From: Camelus ferus
Lineage: Eukaryota
DNA length: 64,000 nucleotides
Direction: 5' to 3'
Assembly: GCF_009834535.1 (NCBI RefSeq)
Contig: NC_045697.1
Location: forward strand, 114,702,001 to 114,766,000
Each line of letters begins with the position of its first letter. The first letter of the stretch is position 1. This document shows positions 13,466 through 27,534 of the stretch, in pieces. Made by a program: the position numbers and the translations under genes. The notes under the pieces are model-generated. The model was not told the DNA's origin. It did no database searches and saw only the letters and a program-made list of their open reading frames with translations.

Positions 13466-13986
13466 TGTCGGCTGAAATAAATGCACAATCTAAAAGTTGA
13501 GAGTTATGTTTTCTTAAGTGGATGTTTCTGAGGACTCAAACCCCTTGAACCTGGTATGCCAGCCTCTCAGGTTACCCTGAAGGACTGCTCCGAAGAGATA
13601 GGGGAAGAGCCAGGATATATAGGAGATTTTACAAGAAAGACCAGGCAGTTGGAACATCAAAAGATTATTGCTAATTAAAGAAACCCAGATAGCTCAGGTT
13701 AAGGAATTTAGTGTTTTTCTTTTTATGGGATGGTGCAAAGATCTGGTCTCATAGAAACCATTCCCTTGATGTGCATCTGAGCTCTCTAGGGCCAGTGTCC
13801 TGTTCTTTTCCATCCTGAGTTCCCTCAGGGGGCACCATTGTGGGTGGAAGCAGAGGCCAGGCTGCCTGCTTGTCTGCATCCTGAGTTCCCTCCTGCTTGC
13901 TGTCGGGAGTGACAGTAACGGCTGATGACTTGATGGCCACAGCATCCTTTGTTTACTGATAAGGCTGGCAATATTTTTCGTTCACA
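13466..13986 (-). mobile_element. ERV1-class solo LTR, cetartiodactyl MER41-like
   Basis: TG...CA termini with a 4-bp TSD AAGT (13462-13465 and 13987-13990) and an internal direct repeat 'catcctgagttccctc'. The family name is from recall. Confidence 0.8.
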
Positions 13987-14599
13987 AAGTGTAGGCACTT
14001 CCCAGTCTCTTGATTAAGAGCGTAGGGGGTTTCTGATTCCTCAGAGCTAATGGATTATAGAAGACCCCATTCTATCCTGCCCAGGTTTGGAGTTTGGCCC
14101 TTTCGCTCCATCCTACACATTTTCACAAGGGAGAGACTCACTGTGCTGTGTGGCCAGCTCTTCCTGAGCCCGCTGCCCCCGGATCAGGGAATGTGTGCAT
14201 GGTAAGCACTGTGACACTGTAGGAGATTTCACTTTGTCTTTCTGATCCAGACCCCTCACTTGATGCGCCACCCTAGAATTCATAAAATGAGCCCAGGGTA
14301 AATTCGACCTGTTTTACGGATTGACTAGTTTCCAAACTGTCAAGCTAGTCCCAAGTAACTTTAAAGATTTTTAACTTTTCTCCTCTCCTTAGTGGAGATT
14401 GTCTTTCTGGGCAAATCTGATCATCATATCACACAGAGAGTTGGCAAATTCCCACTTGGGAGAAAAGGTCTACTGATGATAGATTACTTATGGAGATTTC
14501 TTTCTTCTCTACTATTTTAATTACATTTAGTTAATCTGATTTCTCTATTTTAGTATTCATTATTTCTACCATCTTCTGATATTTTTAAAATTTAATTTT

Positions 14600-16890
14600 G
14601 TCAACACTCATTTATGAAAATAACTCTCAGCAAACTAGGTATGGGGGAGAACTTTCTCAACCTGATAAAGGCTATCTACAAAAAAAGTTATAAAACTGAC
14701 AAAACTAACATCACCCTTAATGGTGAGAAATAGATGTTTTCTGTTAACCTCAGAAACAAGGAAGAAATGTACCTTCCCCTATTCTTATTCAACACGACAC
14801 TGAAAGTCCTTGACAATGCAATAAGACAAGACAAATAAATAAAAGGTATAGATATTGGAAAGGAAGATAAAACTGTCTTTGTTCACAGATCACATTATTG
14901 TCTCTGTAGAAAATCCTAATGAATTCACAAAAATTCCTGAAACTAAGAATCAATTATAGCAGGGTTGCAAAACACAAGGAATTAAACTAAGTCACTTTCC
15001 TATATATAGCTATGAGCAATTGAAATTTGAATTTGAAATTAAAAATACAACCCATTTACATTAGCATCATGAAATGAATAATGCAAATATAACTCAAAAA
15101 ATGTATAAGATATATATGAAAAAACTGCAAGACTATAATGAAATGAATTAAAAAGATATAAATAAGTGGAGAAATATTTCATGTTTATGAATACTCTTTG
15201 ATGTTATGATGCCAGTCTTCTCAAGGGTATCTATAAAATCAACACAGCCTCAACACCCAAGCAAGTTTATGCATATCTACAAACTGATTCTAAAGTCTAC
15301 ATGGAAATCCAAAGACCCAGAATAGTCAGTACAATGTTTAAGGAGAATAACATCAAAGAACTGGTAGCATCCAACTTCAAGGCTTACTCTAAAGCTACAG
15401 TAATCAAGAGAGTATGATATTGGTGAAAAGACAGACAGGTCAATGGAACAGAATAGAAAGCCTAGAAATAGAACCACAATACAGTCAGCCAAACTTTGCC
15501 AAAGGAGCAAAGGCAATCAAATGGGGAAAGTATAACCATTTTGACAAATGGTACTAGAACATCTGGAGATACATGTGCAAAAAAAAAAAAAAAAAAATCT
15601 AGACTTGGGCCTTCCACCTTTCATAGAAATTAATTCAAAATGAATTATAGACTAAATGTAAAACAAACTATAAACATTCTAGAAGATAACAGAGGGGAAA
15701 ATCTAGGTGATCTTGGGTAAGCAATGAGTTTTTTTGGATACAATACTAAAAGCATGATAATGAAAGAAAAAATGATTAGTTGGGCCTCATTAAAATTAAA
15801 ACTGTATCCTCTCTGAAAGATCATGTTAAAAGAGTGACAAGGAACAAACTAGGAAAATATTTGCAAAACATATATAATGAAGTACTTGTATTCAAAAAAA
15901 ACCTCTTAAAACTCAACAGTAAGAAATCAAGTAGTTCCATTAAAAAGTTGGCAAAATATATGAATGACACTTCAGCAAAGAGCATATACAGATGTTAAAT
16001 AATCATATGAAACTATGTTCAACATCATATATTGTTAAGGAATTACAAATTACAAATAACAATGAGATACCATTCTGTTTGTTAGAATTGCCAAAATCTA
16101 AAACACTAACAATATTAATTTTTTGATATTTGATTTGGGTGACTTTTATGTTGTTTGCCACGTTGGAAGACAATTTGGCCATTTCTTACAAAGGTAAGCA
16201 TACTCTCACCATCTGATCCAGTAATCACACTCCTTGATATTTACCTAAGTGAGTCAAAGACTTATGTCTACACAAGAATCTGCACACGTATGTTTATAGT
16301 AGCTTTATTCACAATGGTCAAAATTTGGAAGCCATCAAGATGTCCTTTAATAGGTGAGTGGGTAAACAAACTATGTATCTCCCCACGATCAAATCTTATT
16401 CAGCAATAAAATATATGAGCTATCAAGCCATGAAAAGGTGTGGAGAAACATTAAGAGCATGTTGCTAAGAGAGAGAAGCCAATCTGAAAAGGCCTCTTAC
16501 TATATGGTTACAGCTATATGATATATTGGAAAAGGCAAAATTACAGTGACAGTAAGAAGATCAGTGATTGCTTAGGGCTAGGAGAAGGATTGAAGGATAA
16601 ACAGGTGAAGTACAGAGGATTTTTAGGATAGTGAAACTATTCTACAGAAAACTTCAGTGGCAGATACATGACATTATGCATTAGACAAAACCCATAGAAC
16701 TGTATAACACCAAGAGTGAATGCTAATGCTAAATATATATGTATATATATATACACACACACACACACATATCAGTTAATATTAATATATTAATATTTGT
16801 TCATCAGTTTTAGCAAATGTAACACATCAGTTCAAACTATTAATAATAGGGGAAAATGTCTAACAAATAAAATCTGTTAATTAAAAAAAA
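14600..16890 (+). mobile_element. L1MC-like LINE: decayed 3' half of ORF2 plus 3'UTR
   Basis: ORF2-like text ('caacctgataaaggctatctacaaaa', and peptide WKTIWPFLTK..SDPVITLLDIY at 16155-16409), followed by an L1MC-type 3'UTR and an A-rich end near 16885. Many stops and frameshifts. Confidence 0.9.
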
Positions 16891-17249
16891 TACACATATA
16901 TAGTAAATGCAAAAAACTAAGTTCTGTAAGTTGTCAAGTTTTTTTTTTTTTTTTTCCATCGTTAATGTTTGCCTGTCACAGCCTACTACATTTTACTCCT
17001 GAGTAGAAGTCTCAAATAAGGAAATTTTAAAGTAATATCTGAATAAGTTACCCTATGGAAGACTTTCAGTTCTTAATCTCTGCAATCTAATGGCGCATAG
17101 ACAAGCATGGTGTAAGTATGCTTCAAAGAGTGAGAACAGATATTTGGTGCAACTGGTTGTGTCACTGCTAAAATATTTACTGCGTGACAGAATCTATAAA
17201 ATGGCTTCTACTAATCCCACTTAGACCATGGTTGGTTTGTTTTTAAACA

Positions 17250-17392
17250 TTTTATTATTATATTATTTAATTATTTTATTTTGGGAGAGAGTGACTAGGT
17301 TTATTTATTTTAGAGGAGGTATCGGGGATTGAACCCCGGGACCACATGCATGCAAAGCACGTGCTCTACCACTAAGCTATACCCTCCTCCTC
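17250..17392 (-). mobile_element. Camelid tRNA-derived SINE (vic-1-like)
   Basis: Reverse complement gives 'gagggtatagcttagtggtagagcacgtgc...ggttcaatcccc' (Pol III A/B boxes) followed by an A-rich tail. Confidence 0.9.
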
Positions 17393-17494
17393 CCCTAGCT
17401 GTGTCTTGAATACTTGAATTTAAGTTGTGGTTACACAACTTACATTATGTCACACAGGGACATTATTTAACAGTAGTAATCCATAGTATTTTCA

Positions 17495-19120
17495 ATATAG
17501 TTTAGGTTTTCAAATGGTTTTAGATTTACAAACAAATTGAATAGAGTGTGTAGAGTTCTCAATAATCCTGTACAAAATTTGCCCTAACATCAGTATCTTA
17601 TATTAGTATATTACATTTGTTATAATCATTTAAGCAATATTGACATATAATCATCCACTGAAGTCCATAGTTTATTCAGATATCCTTAGTTCTTACCTAA
17701 CTTTCTTTTACCCTTCCAGGATCTCATCCAGGATGCATTATATTTAATTGTCATGTCTTTTTGGGCTCGTCTTGTCTGTGACAGTTTCTCTGACTTTGCT
17801 TTTGTGACTTTGCTAGATTTGGGAAGTGCTGGTCTGATATTTAGTAGGACTCACTTCTGCTGGATTTTATACATTTATTTTTCATAACTATATTGAAACT
17901 ATGGTGTTTTGTGAGGAAGATCACAGACAGATAGCGCCATTTTCACACATCATATCAGGCAAACACGTTCCCATCATTACTTATAATTGTGGATGTTGAC
18001 CTTGGTCTCCTTCCTGAGCTAGTATTTGTCAGGTGGCCCTACTGTGAAGTTGTTTTCCCCCACCTCACCTTTTCCACACTGTTATCTTTGGAAGAAAGCC
18101 ATTATGGACAGCTTGCCTTCAAGGAGTAGTGAGTTACACTTCACCTTGCTGAGGTTGAAGTATTTGCATAAATTATTGTTTATTCTCTGCATAAAAGATT
18201 TATCATTCCTCACTCATGTATTTATTTTTCAGTCTTTTATTTACCTCAGTATAAAGTTATGGATATTTATTTTATAATTTGGGTTATAATCCAATGCCAC
18301 TTTATTTAATTTTTCATCAAATTTTTATAGCTTTGACTATTGCTATTATTGAGTCCAAACTCGATCTGCTCCCTCCATGACAGGCCAATAAATTGGGAGG
18401 GGTTTGAATAACAACTTTATTCAGAAAGCCAACAGACAGAGAAGATGGAGGACTGATGTCCTAAAGAATCATGTTCCCCAAGTCAGAATGCAGGGTCCTT
18501 TTATACTAAAAGGGGAGAGGGTGTGGTTGGTTGTTGCATATTTCTTAGTGTTGAAATCCTTTGTTCTTGCAGCCGTCCACGTGGGTCAGGTCACGGTGTC
18601 CCTGTAAGACCTCCAAATATTACTCTCTGTTCTGCAACATTTTGTCTCTATACAAAAGGAAAAATGTTACACTCTTAAAAGTCAGAGCCTTGAGAATGGG
18701 CCCTCCTGTCTATTTCAGGCTGTAGGCAACATTCTGTTACAAAAGGCGCAGAACCAGTGTGACTGAGCCCAGGACACAGAGCACAGGGTCAGAGCCAGAG
18801 GAGCAGGTCTACTGCGCAGGCAGGTTTGCTCTTCCCGACTGCACCGTGAGCTCTTTCAGTTGCCCCTTTGCCCCTTTGCCCCACTCCCATCAATATGTTT
18901 TGTTTTTGCCTTTGAGCACTTCCTTGCTTTCTGAAACTCCAGCATGCTCCAGGTTCATAGTGTATTTTTCCAGCCCCAATCCTAGAAGTAGTCATTTCTC
19001 TAAGAAGCTGTGGAAACTTTTATGGGAGAATGATACTGTAAACAAAGATCTGGGTGTTAGATATGCTTATTACTACTAGGGAGTCATTTTTAGGTCATGG
19101 CTGCTAGTTTTAGGTGAGAA
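17495..19120 (-). mobile_element. L1MC-like 3'UTR fragment split by an LTR insertion
   Basis: L1MC-type 3'UTR text ('cactgaagtccatagtttattcagat', 'ggatctcatccaggat') resumes after the LTR at about 18847 ('gagctctttcagttg'). Confidence 0.75.
18345..18843 (-). mobile_element. ERV-type solo LTR (cetartiodactyl lineage) nested in L1
   Basis: About 500-bp GC-richer block with minus-strand AATAAA ('ctttattc' ~18416) and TATA ('cttttatac' ~18500), ending in CA. It interrupts an otherwise continuous L1. TSD not clear. Confidence 0.7.
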
Positions 19121-21102
19121 AGGAAAAAATATGCTGAGTCACATTATTATCAAAATGATATAATAATAGAAGAAAGAACCAAGATTTAAACTCGAGTAAA
19201 GCAAAATAAGGAGATATGAAGGAGCTAGTTGGAACACAAATTTTATAGCAAATTCTTTTTCTAGTGAATGGGCAGCTGGAGAGTTGTTTTGTTCATTAGT
19301 TATTTGGTTGGTTAGTTTTGGTTTGTCCCAGAAGCAGAAAACTGCAGGAACTCTTGGGTTCAGTGACATAAAGATAACTGTCACCTCAAACTGAAGAACT
19401 GTTTTCTGTATGACATCTCTAAGATGACCCACTTTGCCAACTGCAAGCAACTTGGAATTCTAAGAGTTTAGCATATTGCCCTGATCCTGGCATTTTCCAT
19501 GCTGATTTTTTACCTACCATATCTGCTTTGAAACGAGAATGCTTCTGTTCCTTGAGATTATTATGACTCCTCTAATCACATTTAAAGCATAAATAATTAA
19601 TACATGACACAAACTTATCAGGAATGCATTTAAGAAATGCATTGCTAATATATTTATTTAGAAAAGAAATCAGTGGTGGTTAACCTCTTATAAATTATTT
19701 ACTACATAACAGTTGTTTTCCATTCCTAATGATAATTCATGCTAGAAAGAAAGAAAAGAGACATCCTCTAAAGCTGCTTTCAGTAAAATTTGTTATAAAT
19801 AAGAAAAGGACTTCTGGGTCATAATTTCTAAATCCGAAAACCACAAAAATTGACCAATAAAAATAAAAACCCACAAATGGAGAAAAAATAAGCAGAAAGT
19901 AAAACTGAAGTTGTCTAAAAGTACATACTCTAAAATTAGTACTTAAAACTTTACAGAATGAAGCCTTCTGATGAAATTTGTATCTGTGACAGCAAAGTAA
20001 GTCTTCTTTGGACTCAGGGACCAAAAATAATATTCACAATGGTACACATTATAAATCAAAATTGGCATGAACCAAAATTCTTATTGAATACTTATTTGAA
20101 AATTAACATAGCAAATAATGGATCTCAAATAATTTTGTGTAAATTAGAAGAAAATGTGTTTAATCAATTTTTCTTAAAAATAACTATTTTGATTTAATAG
20201 ATTTAGATGCAAAAAAAATAATTTTTCCCCAATATTGTAAAGTGTTTGCATTATTTTGATAAAATATTAGTTTTCAAATGTCTCCATTAAATATTTTTGG
20301 GCAAAAAAAAAAACAATAAAGTCATTATATTCACTAAACATGAAAACAGCAGATTTTGAAACATTCTGTATTCAGAGCTTTCTATAGGTCAACAAAAAAA
20401 TTCATTAGCATTGAGACTATCTGAATTTCTATTTATAGAATACCAACATATAAAATAAAGGTATTGAAATAGGAAAAAAACTGAATTAAATTCCCCTTAA
20501 GGAATTTAATATGAGACCTTTAAGAGTCAATTTTAGAATCTAAGTAAATTAGGATTGTGGTAAATTTATCTATTTTTCATGTTATAAAGAATAAAATGAA
20601 ACCATGGAAGGAGGGTATTGAAACAAATACTTAAGTAGTAAAGATGGAATATGTTCAGATATGTGTGAACTGAAACCAGTTTAATCAGTTAAACTTATAG
20701 GCAGAGACTAGTTTCATCCAACAATATGACATAGTGTTTTATATTTTTGTAGAATATACAATCTCTATCCTGTTTCTAGAAAAACAACCTTTTGAGGTTG
20801 TTACATATTTTATGCAAAAGTTTAGAAACAAATATGGAACCTCTTATGTACTGAAAAATAAATGAAAATAATATACATTTTTACATACATTTTTGTGATT
20901 TGTTCCTTCCTAAACAGTGGAAAGTCAGGTGAAATTATTTCCCAAGAAATTTACTCCATAACATAAATTTCTCTAAGGAGCATCCAAGTCATTATTTGCA
21001 AATGCCATTGATTCATGTTTTCATTTAAACAATGGTTTATATTAATTTCTGTGCATATTGTGTAGCTGTTTTAGTTAGTGATTTAACAAGAATATTTTAT
21101 GC

Positions 21103-21472
21103 CTACAATGAGGTAGCACCTCATACCAGTCAGAATAGCCATTACTAAAATATCTACAAGTAATAAATGCTGGAGAGAGTGTGGAGAAAAAGGAACCCTC
21201 CTACACTGTTGGTGGGAATGTAAATTTATGCAACCACTATGGACAACAGTATGGAGATTCCAAAAGAAACTAAAAATATACTTACCATATGATCCAGCAA
21301 TCCCACTCCTGGGCATATATCCAGAGGGAACTCTAATTGGAAAAGATACATGCACCCCAATGTTCACAGCAGCACGATTTATAATAGTCAAGACATGGAA
21401 ACAACCTAAATGTCTATCAACAGATGACTGGATAAACTTATGGTGTGTATGTGTATGTATATATACATATAT

Positions 21473-21525
<53 letters not shown>

Positions 21526-21986
21526 GGAATACTACTTAGCCATAAAAAAGAATAAAATAATGCTATTTGCAGCAACATGGATGGACCTGGTGATCATCAT
21601 TCTAAGTGAAGTAAGACAGAAAGAGAAAGAAAAATACCATATGATACAACTTAAATGTGTTATCTAAAAAAAACAAGGCACAAAATGAACTTTTTAACAG
21701 AACAGAAGCAGACTCACAGACATACAGAGCAATCTTATGGTTACCAGGGGGGAAAGGGGGTGGGAAGGGATAAATTGAGAATTCAAGATTTGCAAATACT
21801 AACTACCATGTATAAAATAGGTAAACAACAAGTTTCTCCTATATAGCACAGTGAACTATATCCAGTGTCTTGTAGTAACCTATAATGAAAAATAATATAA
21901 AAAGGAATATAAGTATGTATATATATGGCTGAAGCATAATGCTGTACACCAGAAATTGACACATTGACTACACTTCAATAAAAAAT
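21103..21986 (+). mobile_element. Lineage (camelid-type) L1, 5'-truncated: ORF2 C-terminus plus 3'UTR
   Basis: ORF 21228-21539 encodes [26 protein letters not shown] (L1 ORF2 C-terminal region). The 3'UTR ends 'cttcaataaaaaa'. Confidence 0.95.
21477..21522. repeat. (CA)n microsatellite inside L1
   Basis: About 22 uninterrupted CA units. Confidence 0.95.
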
Positions 21987-24031
21987 GTTTTATTTTTAGC
22001 ATACAAAAATATATGTACATAATCGGTTAAAAGATGATTTCTTCTCCACTTTTTCCCAAAAAAAGAAATGTGGGCTTTTAGGTAATATTTATTCATTTGT
22101 GTTATCTTAAGTTCAGTTAAATATTCTTATTCCTCCTCTTCCATTGCTAGTACTTATAAAATTTAAGGTTTATGGGTATGGGTTTAATATTGAGTCAGAA
22201 AAAGAGCAGTATTTTCTTAAACTATTTCCAGATAAAGGAGAATTATTTTCAAAGTACTTAGAATAATAATCAACCCCTATAATAAAGACAATCACATTTT
22301 CTGGGAATTTATTTTTTTGGCAGTAATTCGTAGAGCCATATGGGTAGCTTTATTTTCTCCTGGCTTCAGCTCCCATTGTTCCCTTTTTTTCCCCTCAAGG
22401 ATGCTTTCGATGTCTTGTTTATACTCTTTCAGATAGTTTCAGGTCCAATGAGCTATTGCAACACTATGGCATTGACAATAACTAAAAGTTTTCTCACCTT
22501 GGAATGGCAGATAAGTGTGAATATATATTCATGATCTAATGAATCTACAGTCATGTTTATGTACCAGCTGTTTGCTTTTCCTCAGCTGCTGTGATATATC
22601 TGGCTCTGAATTTTCTCCTGCTTTTCATTAACTCTCTTGAAAAAGGAAAAGAAATAAAAATTCCACAGGATGTGAAAAGAGTCCTTTGATAAATGCAAAG
22701 TTCTGATGTTATGACTTTTCAAATACATCTGCACCACGATGAAACTCAATATTCTATGTGTCCAAAATACATCAAATACATTTATATTAATATTCCAACT
22801 TGGTTTAGATGGAGATTTTTAGTAAATAGGCAATGTAGTATGTGACTACAAATAAATAAAACTGATTAACATAAGGTATATTAAATAATCTTGTTTTCCA
22901 TAGCATCTCACAATCAAAGCCCTCCTAGGTTAAACAAGTTTTGTATTTTCCTTAATCCATTTTCTGCTGAATCTAATTTTCTGATTTCAACATAATACAG
23001 TTTCATAAAGTTGCTAATACCTTAAATGAATGTGCAAAAAAAACCAATAAATACTTTTGGTGTGTTCAGAATTTAAATGGCAGAGAAAAGAAAATTAGTG
23101 TATTAATCTATCAGACCATTATTCTGAGGTAGGAAAATTTCTGTCACCTTTAAACTAAAACCAGTCTGAGACCCATGTCAGTTGCTCATAACTTGCAGAC
23201 AGCAGTGTAAGTTTCCCCCTTGTTCATGGATTGTGGAAGTGTCGACTACACACCCCAGATTTCAGTGCACTCTTGGAGTCTCACATCTTCCTGGCTGCCT
23301 TAGCATCTAAAACATTAATGACTAAAGAAACCCATCCACCCAAAGAACGTAGGTACAACAGATGTCCAGAATGATTTGACAGCCATAGTAAAGTACACAT
23401 TGAACAACCATCTCCGTTTCTCCTGTCGGTAAAACACTCTTCCCAATGTAAAAGGAAAAGTAAGAAATTCTCCTAAATGATTCATGAATTAATTCATTGA
23501 TTTAACAAGACTTTAATGAATACCTGCTAAGGAAAATACTTAACTGGATCCTCAGAATTCAGCAGAGAGAACGGAATAATTCTCTTTCCCGTGAGAACTC
23601 AGTCTGCTTTATACTTAAAAGGTATGTGGTCACTTAATAACCACTTGCTATGACTTTGTACATCCTGGAAACATGTCATCTACACACATGACTTTCTTTA
23701 CACCGAGAAATATAATGAGTTAAGAATCACATGATTTTATTTATTTTGCTAAAAATATGATGAGGGAAGAGTGGATTTTGCTATTTGACCAAGTATTAAT
23801 TGATGATGCTTCTCTTATTTAAAATTAACTTATTATTATACTTTAATTTCCAAATGTGCAGTCAGAATTCCATGACATCATGACTCAATTACATATTTCC
23901 AATTTCGAAATCAAGGCATAAATTGTAAAACTGAAGGTCCAATAAAAAGGAAAATTTAATTGTTAATATTTGTCCTCTGACTTAGCCTGGCTCTCATTAA
24001 ATTTCTGATTATTTACTTGGAATAGATTTCT

Positions 24032-24138
24032 TTTTTTAACGTTTTATTTTTTGTTTTGGAGGGAGGTATTTAGACTTATTTATCTGCTTATTTATTTTAA
24101 TGGAGGTACTTGGGATTGAACCCAGGACCTTGTGCATG
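24032..24138 (-). mobile_element. 5'-truncated vic-1-like SINE with perfect 13-bp TSD
   Basis: GGAATAGATTTCT at 24019-24031 and 24139-24151. The B-box region 'gggattgaacccaggacc' is present and the A-box is missing. Confidence 0.9.
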
Positions 24139-25224
24139 GGAATAGATTTCTAAATCGAGGTTATTTGAAAATATTTGACATTTAATACTAGTTTTTAACA
24201 GTAAAAAAATTGAGTTCTTTCAACAGATTGCATATATAGATGTTTAGCCACAGGAACTAATTTTTAATAAAAGTGATTATTTGACGAATTTCCACTAGCT
24301 TCTGTGAGGATCATATTATCACTTCCATCCTCTGATTTATATTATAATTTAATTTTTTGTTAATTTAAAAAAACATACAAAAAAGAATCCCACTGTAATA
24401 TTTAAAATTTAATAATTATTTGATTGCTGGTGTGATTAAATATATTTTCATATGGTGATAATTTGTTATTTTTTGTATACTGTCTACTTTATTATCCTTT
24501 GATATGTAACATATTCACATTAAAAAAAAAAAAACAGAATGTCTTTAACAAAATGCAGTCACCTCCTGCCAAAGTTACCTATTACTCTTTCCCTGGTGAT
24601 TTCATTTGACTGGTCTGTTAGTTACCACCATGTATCAAAGTCATATGTCTTCTCACCTGTGCTGGATTTATCAGTTTTAGATATTAGCTATTACTTGACT
24701 GTTATAACAGATGAGAACTTAGCTCATTTATTTCATCTTGCACCTTCCCTCCTGCCAACTCTCTTATCATATTTCTAACCCTATTTGAATTTATCTTTTG
24801 GTTGCTTGAAAATTTTTAATACTTTATTACATTTATATTTTCGCTTTTGTTAACTATTATTTAACTCCGTATTTTGGAAGACAGGGGCATTATGGACACT
24901 ACTCTTTTTTAAGCTTTGTTCCCCTGCTCCAAACTCTTAGCACCTGCAATGCAATAATGCTAAGTCTTCTAGGTTTATGAGTTATAAACACAGCATAACG
25001 TTGTCTATTGTTAGTGTAGAGGTAAGAAGACAGAAACAAAGTTTACAGTATATTTGTGTAGAAAAATTTCCCCATGGAGCCTAGTCATATATCTTATAAA
25101 TAAATCTTTACTGATATACTTTTCAAAATTAATAATTTACCTTCATTTTTCATGAAATACATGTCTATATATTAGCCAACTACTTTTCCCAAACTTTCCA
25201 ACTAATGAATTTCTATGGAGTCAG

Positions 25225-25458
25225 CTTTTTTTTATTTTTTTATTTTTAATTCTTGTTTTTTATTGAAGTCTAGTTGATTTATAATGTTAGTTTCAGGTGT
25301 ACAGCAAAGCAATTCAGTTATACATATACATACATATGTATATATATATATATATGTTTGCAGATTCTTTTCCATTACAGCTCATTACAAGAAAATGAAT
25401 CTAGTTCCCTGTGCTCTACAGTAGGTCCTTGTTATTTGTCTAGTTTATATACAGTAAT
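25225..25458 (-). mobile_element. L1 3'-end fragment
   Basis: T-rich tail followed by 'attgaagtctagttgatttataatgttagtttcaggtgtacagcaaag'. Partial TSD 'tggagtc'. Confidence 0.85.
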
Positions 25459-25784
25459 GTGGAGTCTTCTTTATTGGCTGAATCCACCCTCTCTCTTCAC
25501 CCTTTATTTTTCTGCTTCAATATGATGTTTACCTTCTCAGCCACTCAGCCGTCATTCTGGGAATCTTTTCTCATCTAGTTTCACACTTTTCTGGATCCAT
25601 TGTTTTCTTCTCTTTTTTTGTCATCCCTTCATTTGCTGTAGCATCTCCTGGCTACCTTCCTGCAATGAATTTATGGGATGAAATGTTTGAGTTTCTTAAA
25701 AATGCACTTATCTTTACCAGTAGAATTGACTGACATATTAGCTATGTGTAACATTTTAAAATAGGAAGTGAAAATGATACCTCA

Positions 25785-25985
25785 CACATATTGAGCGCTT
25801 ACTATCTCCTATGCTCCCTTCTAACTGCATGTTAATTTATTTAAAATTCAAAACAACCTTCGATGAAGGTGGTGCTATTATTGGCACAATTATCCAAAGT
25901 ATAAACAGAAAGTTTCAGTCACTCGGTGATGTTCACATAGCTAATAAATGGTATGGGCAAACACCGGAAGATTTATTCCAGAAGC
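25785..25985 (-). mobile_element. MIR SINE (degenerate)
   Basis: 'tattgagcgcttacta...aaacaaccttcgatgaaggtggtgctattatt' resembles the antisense MIR core. Confidence 0.55.
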
Positions 25986-27534
25986 ACATTTCCTAAATGT
26001 TATTTCCTAAAAGTTACATCCTTCCTGACTTTGCTTCGGGGTGAGGGAGGTGGTCTCAGTTCCCATCTGATACTCGACCTCAATTTTTCCAGGATCTCAG
26101 TGTAGCAGGGGCATTATTTAAAGCTATACTACATGGTCTTGTCAGAGCAAATTTAATTGGCGAGAAAAATCAAGTTTCTTTGAATATATTTAGTTTTCTC
26201 ATCTCTATATTTCTCTTTTCGTTAATGTTTCCAAGCCACAAACGTCCTTTTTTCTTTTTCTTTTTTTTTTTTTAAATGAGAAAGGAATCAAGTCTAAGTG
26301 TCCCCAGAACATGTGGTCCTTAGTTTGGTTTCAGCATCTCAGAACACACACAGATACTGTGTTTAATGTCCCTGGTCACTGGCCTTCTCCAGGGTATTTC
26401 TTGGCACTGACGGATGATAAATTGCTATCACTGTTCCTTTTGTTATTTATAAATGGAATTAGATTGAGCTATGTCTCCCAGTGGAAAGTCTAATTGCAAT
26501 GCAGTTTTCCATTCTCCCAGAAATGACCTGAAGGGGATGTTTTTTTTCTTTAATTGAAGACTTCAGGCAACTTCAGACTTTCAATAACTTTATCACACAG
26601 TTATTGAAGCTGTGCACTCAGATGTCTATGGCTATTAGATCATAACACACACAAAACAACCATCTGTTGGTTTATCATGCAGTAAATCTTTATTCAATAC
26701 ACACAAAGGCACTTATATAATAATACCGTTTTCTCTTCTTCTATTCATTTGACAAAGGTAATGAAAATCCATCACTATGTTATAATGCCTGGGAAACACT
26801 TTGATTATTTTGTTTCTTTAGAAAACAAGTCAAATACAAACTAAGAATAGAATGCTGAGTTCTGCTCAGCCAGATCTTTCTTTGATCTTCTAGAAAGTAA
26901 GATCAGATCTGGTCTGATATTTGCTCTGATCAGTTGGATGTCTACGACAAAATATATTTCAAAGATATCTGAAGGAGCTGAAATGGGATGAAGAAAGGAA
27001 GGAGTTCATTTAAGGGAAGAATGGGTCAAAATAACTCCAAGGCTAAGACAGGAAAGATAGAGCAAACCTGTAGCTAACTAAGGAAGCAAAATGGATAGCC
27101 TAAATATACAAACACACTTTAGATCTTCTTTTAAATTAATATTGTCTACATTCCATTATAAACTGAAACATTTAAAATATTTATTATGTTAAAAAAAATT
27201 ATGACCACTCCAGGCACTGTTTTTGAGTTACCTTATATTCTAATCTTGTAGCAATCTAGTGATTATACATGTAGATAATATAATAAATATTATATATAAT
27301 ATGCATACACACATGCATCTGTGTAGGGTATGCTTACCGTATTGTTTACAGATTGTAAATAAATATATATTATATATTAATATTATATTACACATAATTA
27401 TATATACCAATTGTACATATGCTCAATTATGGATATTTTTAGTATTTACTATGTGATAAACCAAGTTTTTAAAAAAAATTATCCATCACAAAACAACTTT
27501 GTCATATTTCTGCTTGTCTCATGTTTATCATTGG

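Noticed and set aside
21083..21846. Several ORFs with protein-like motifs
   Set aside because: These are fragments of L1 ORF2/3'UTR and the (CA)n repeat, not a cellular gene. The same applies to 15277-16409, 55729-56113 and 59246-59871.
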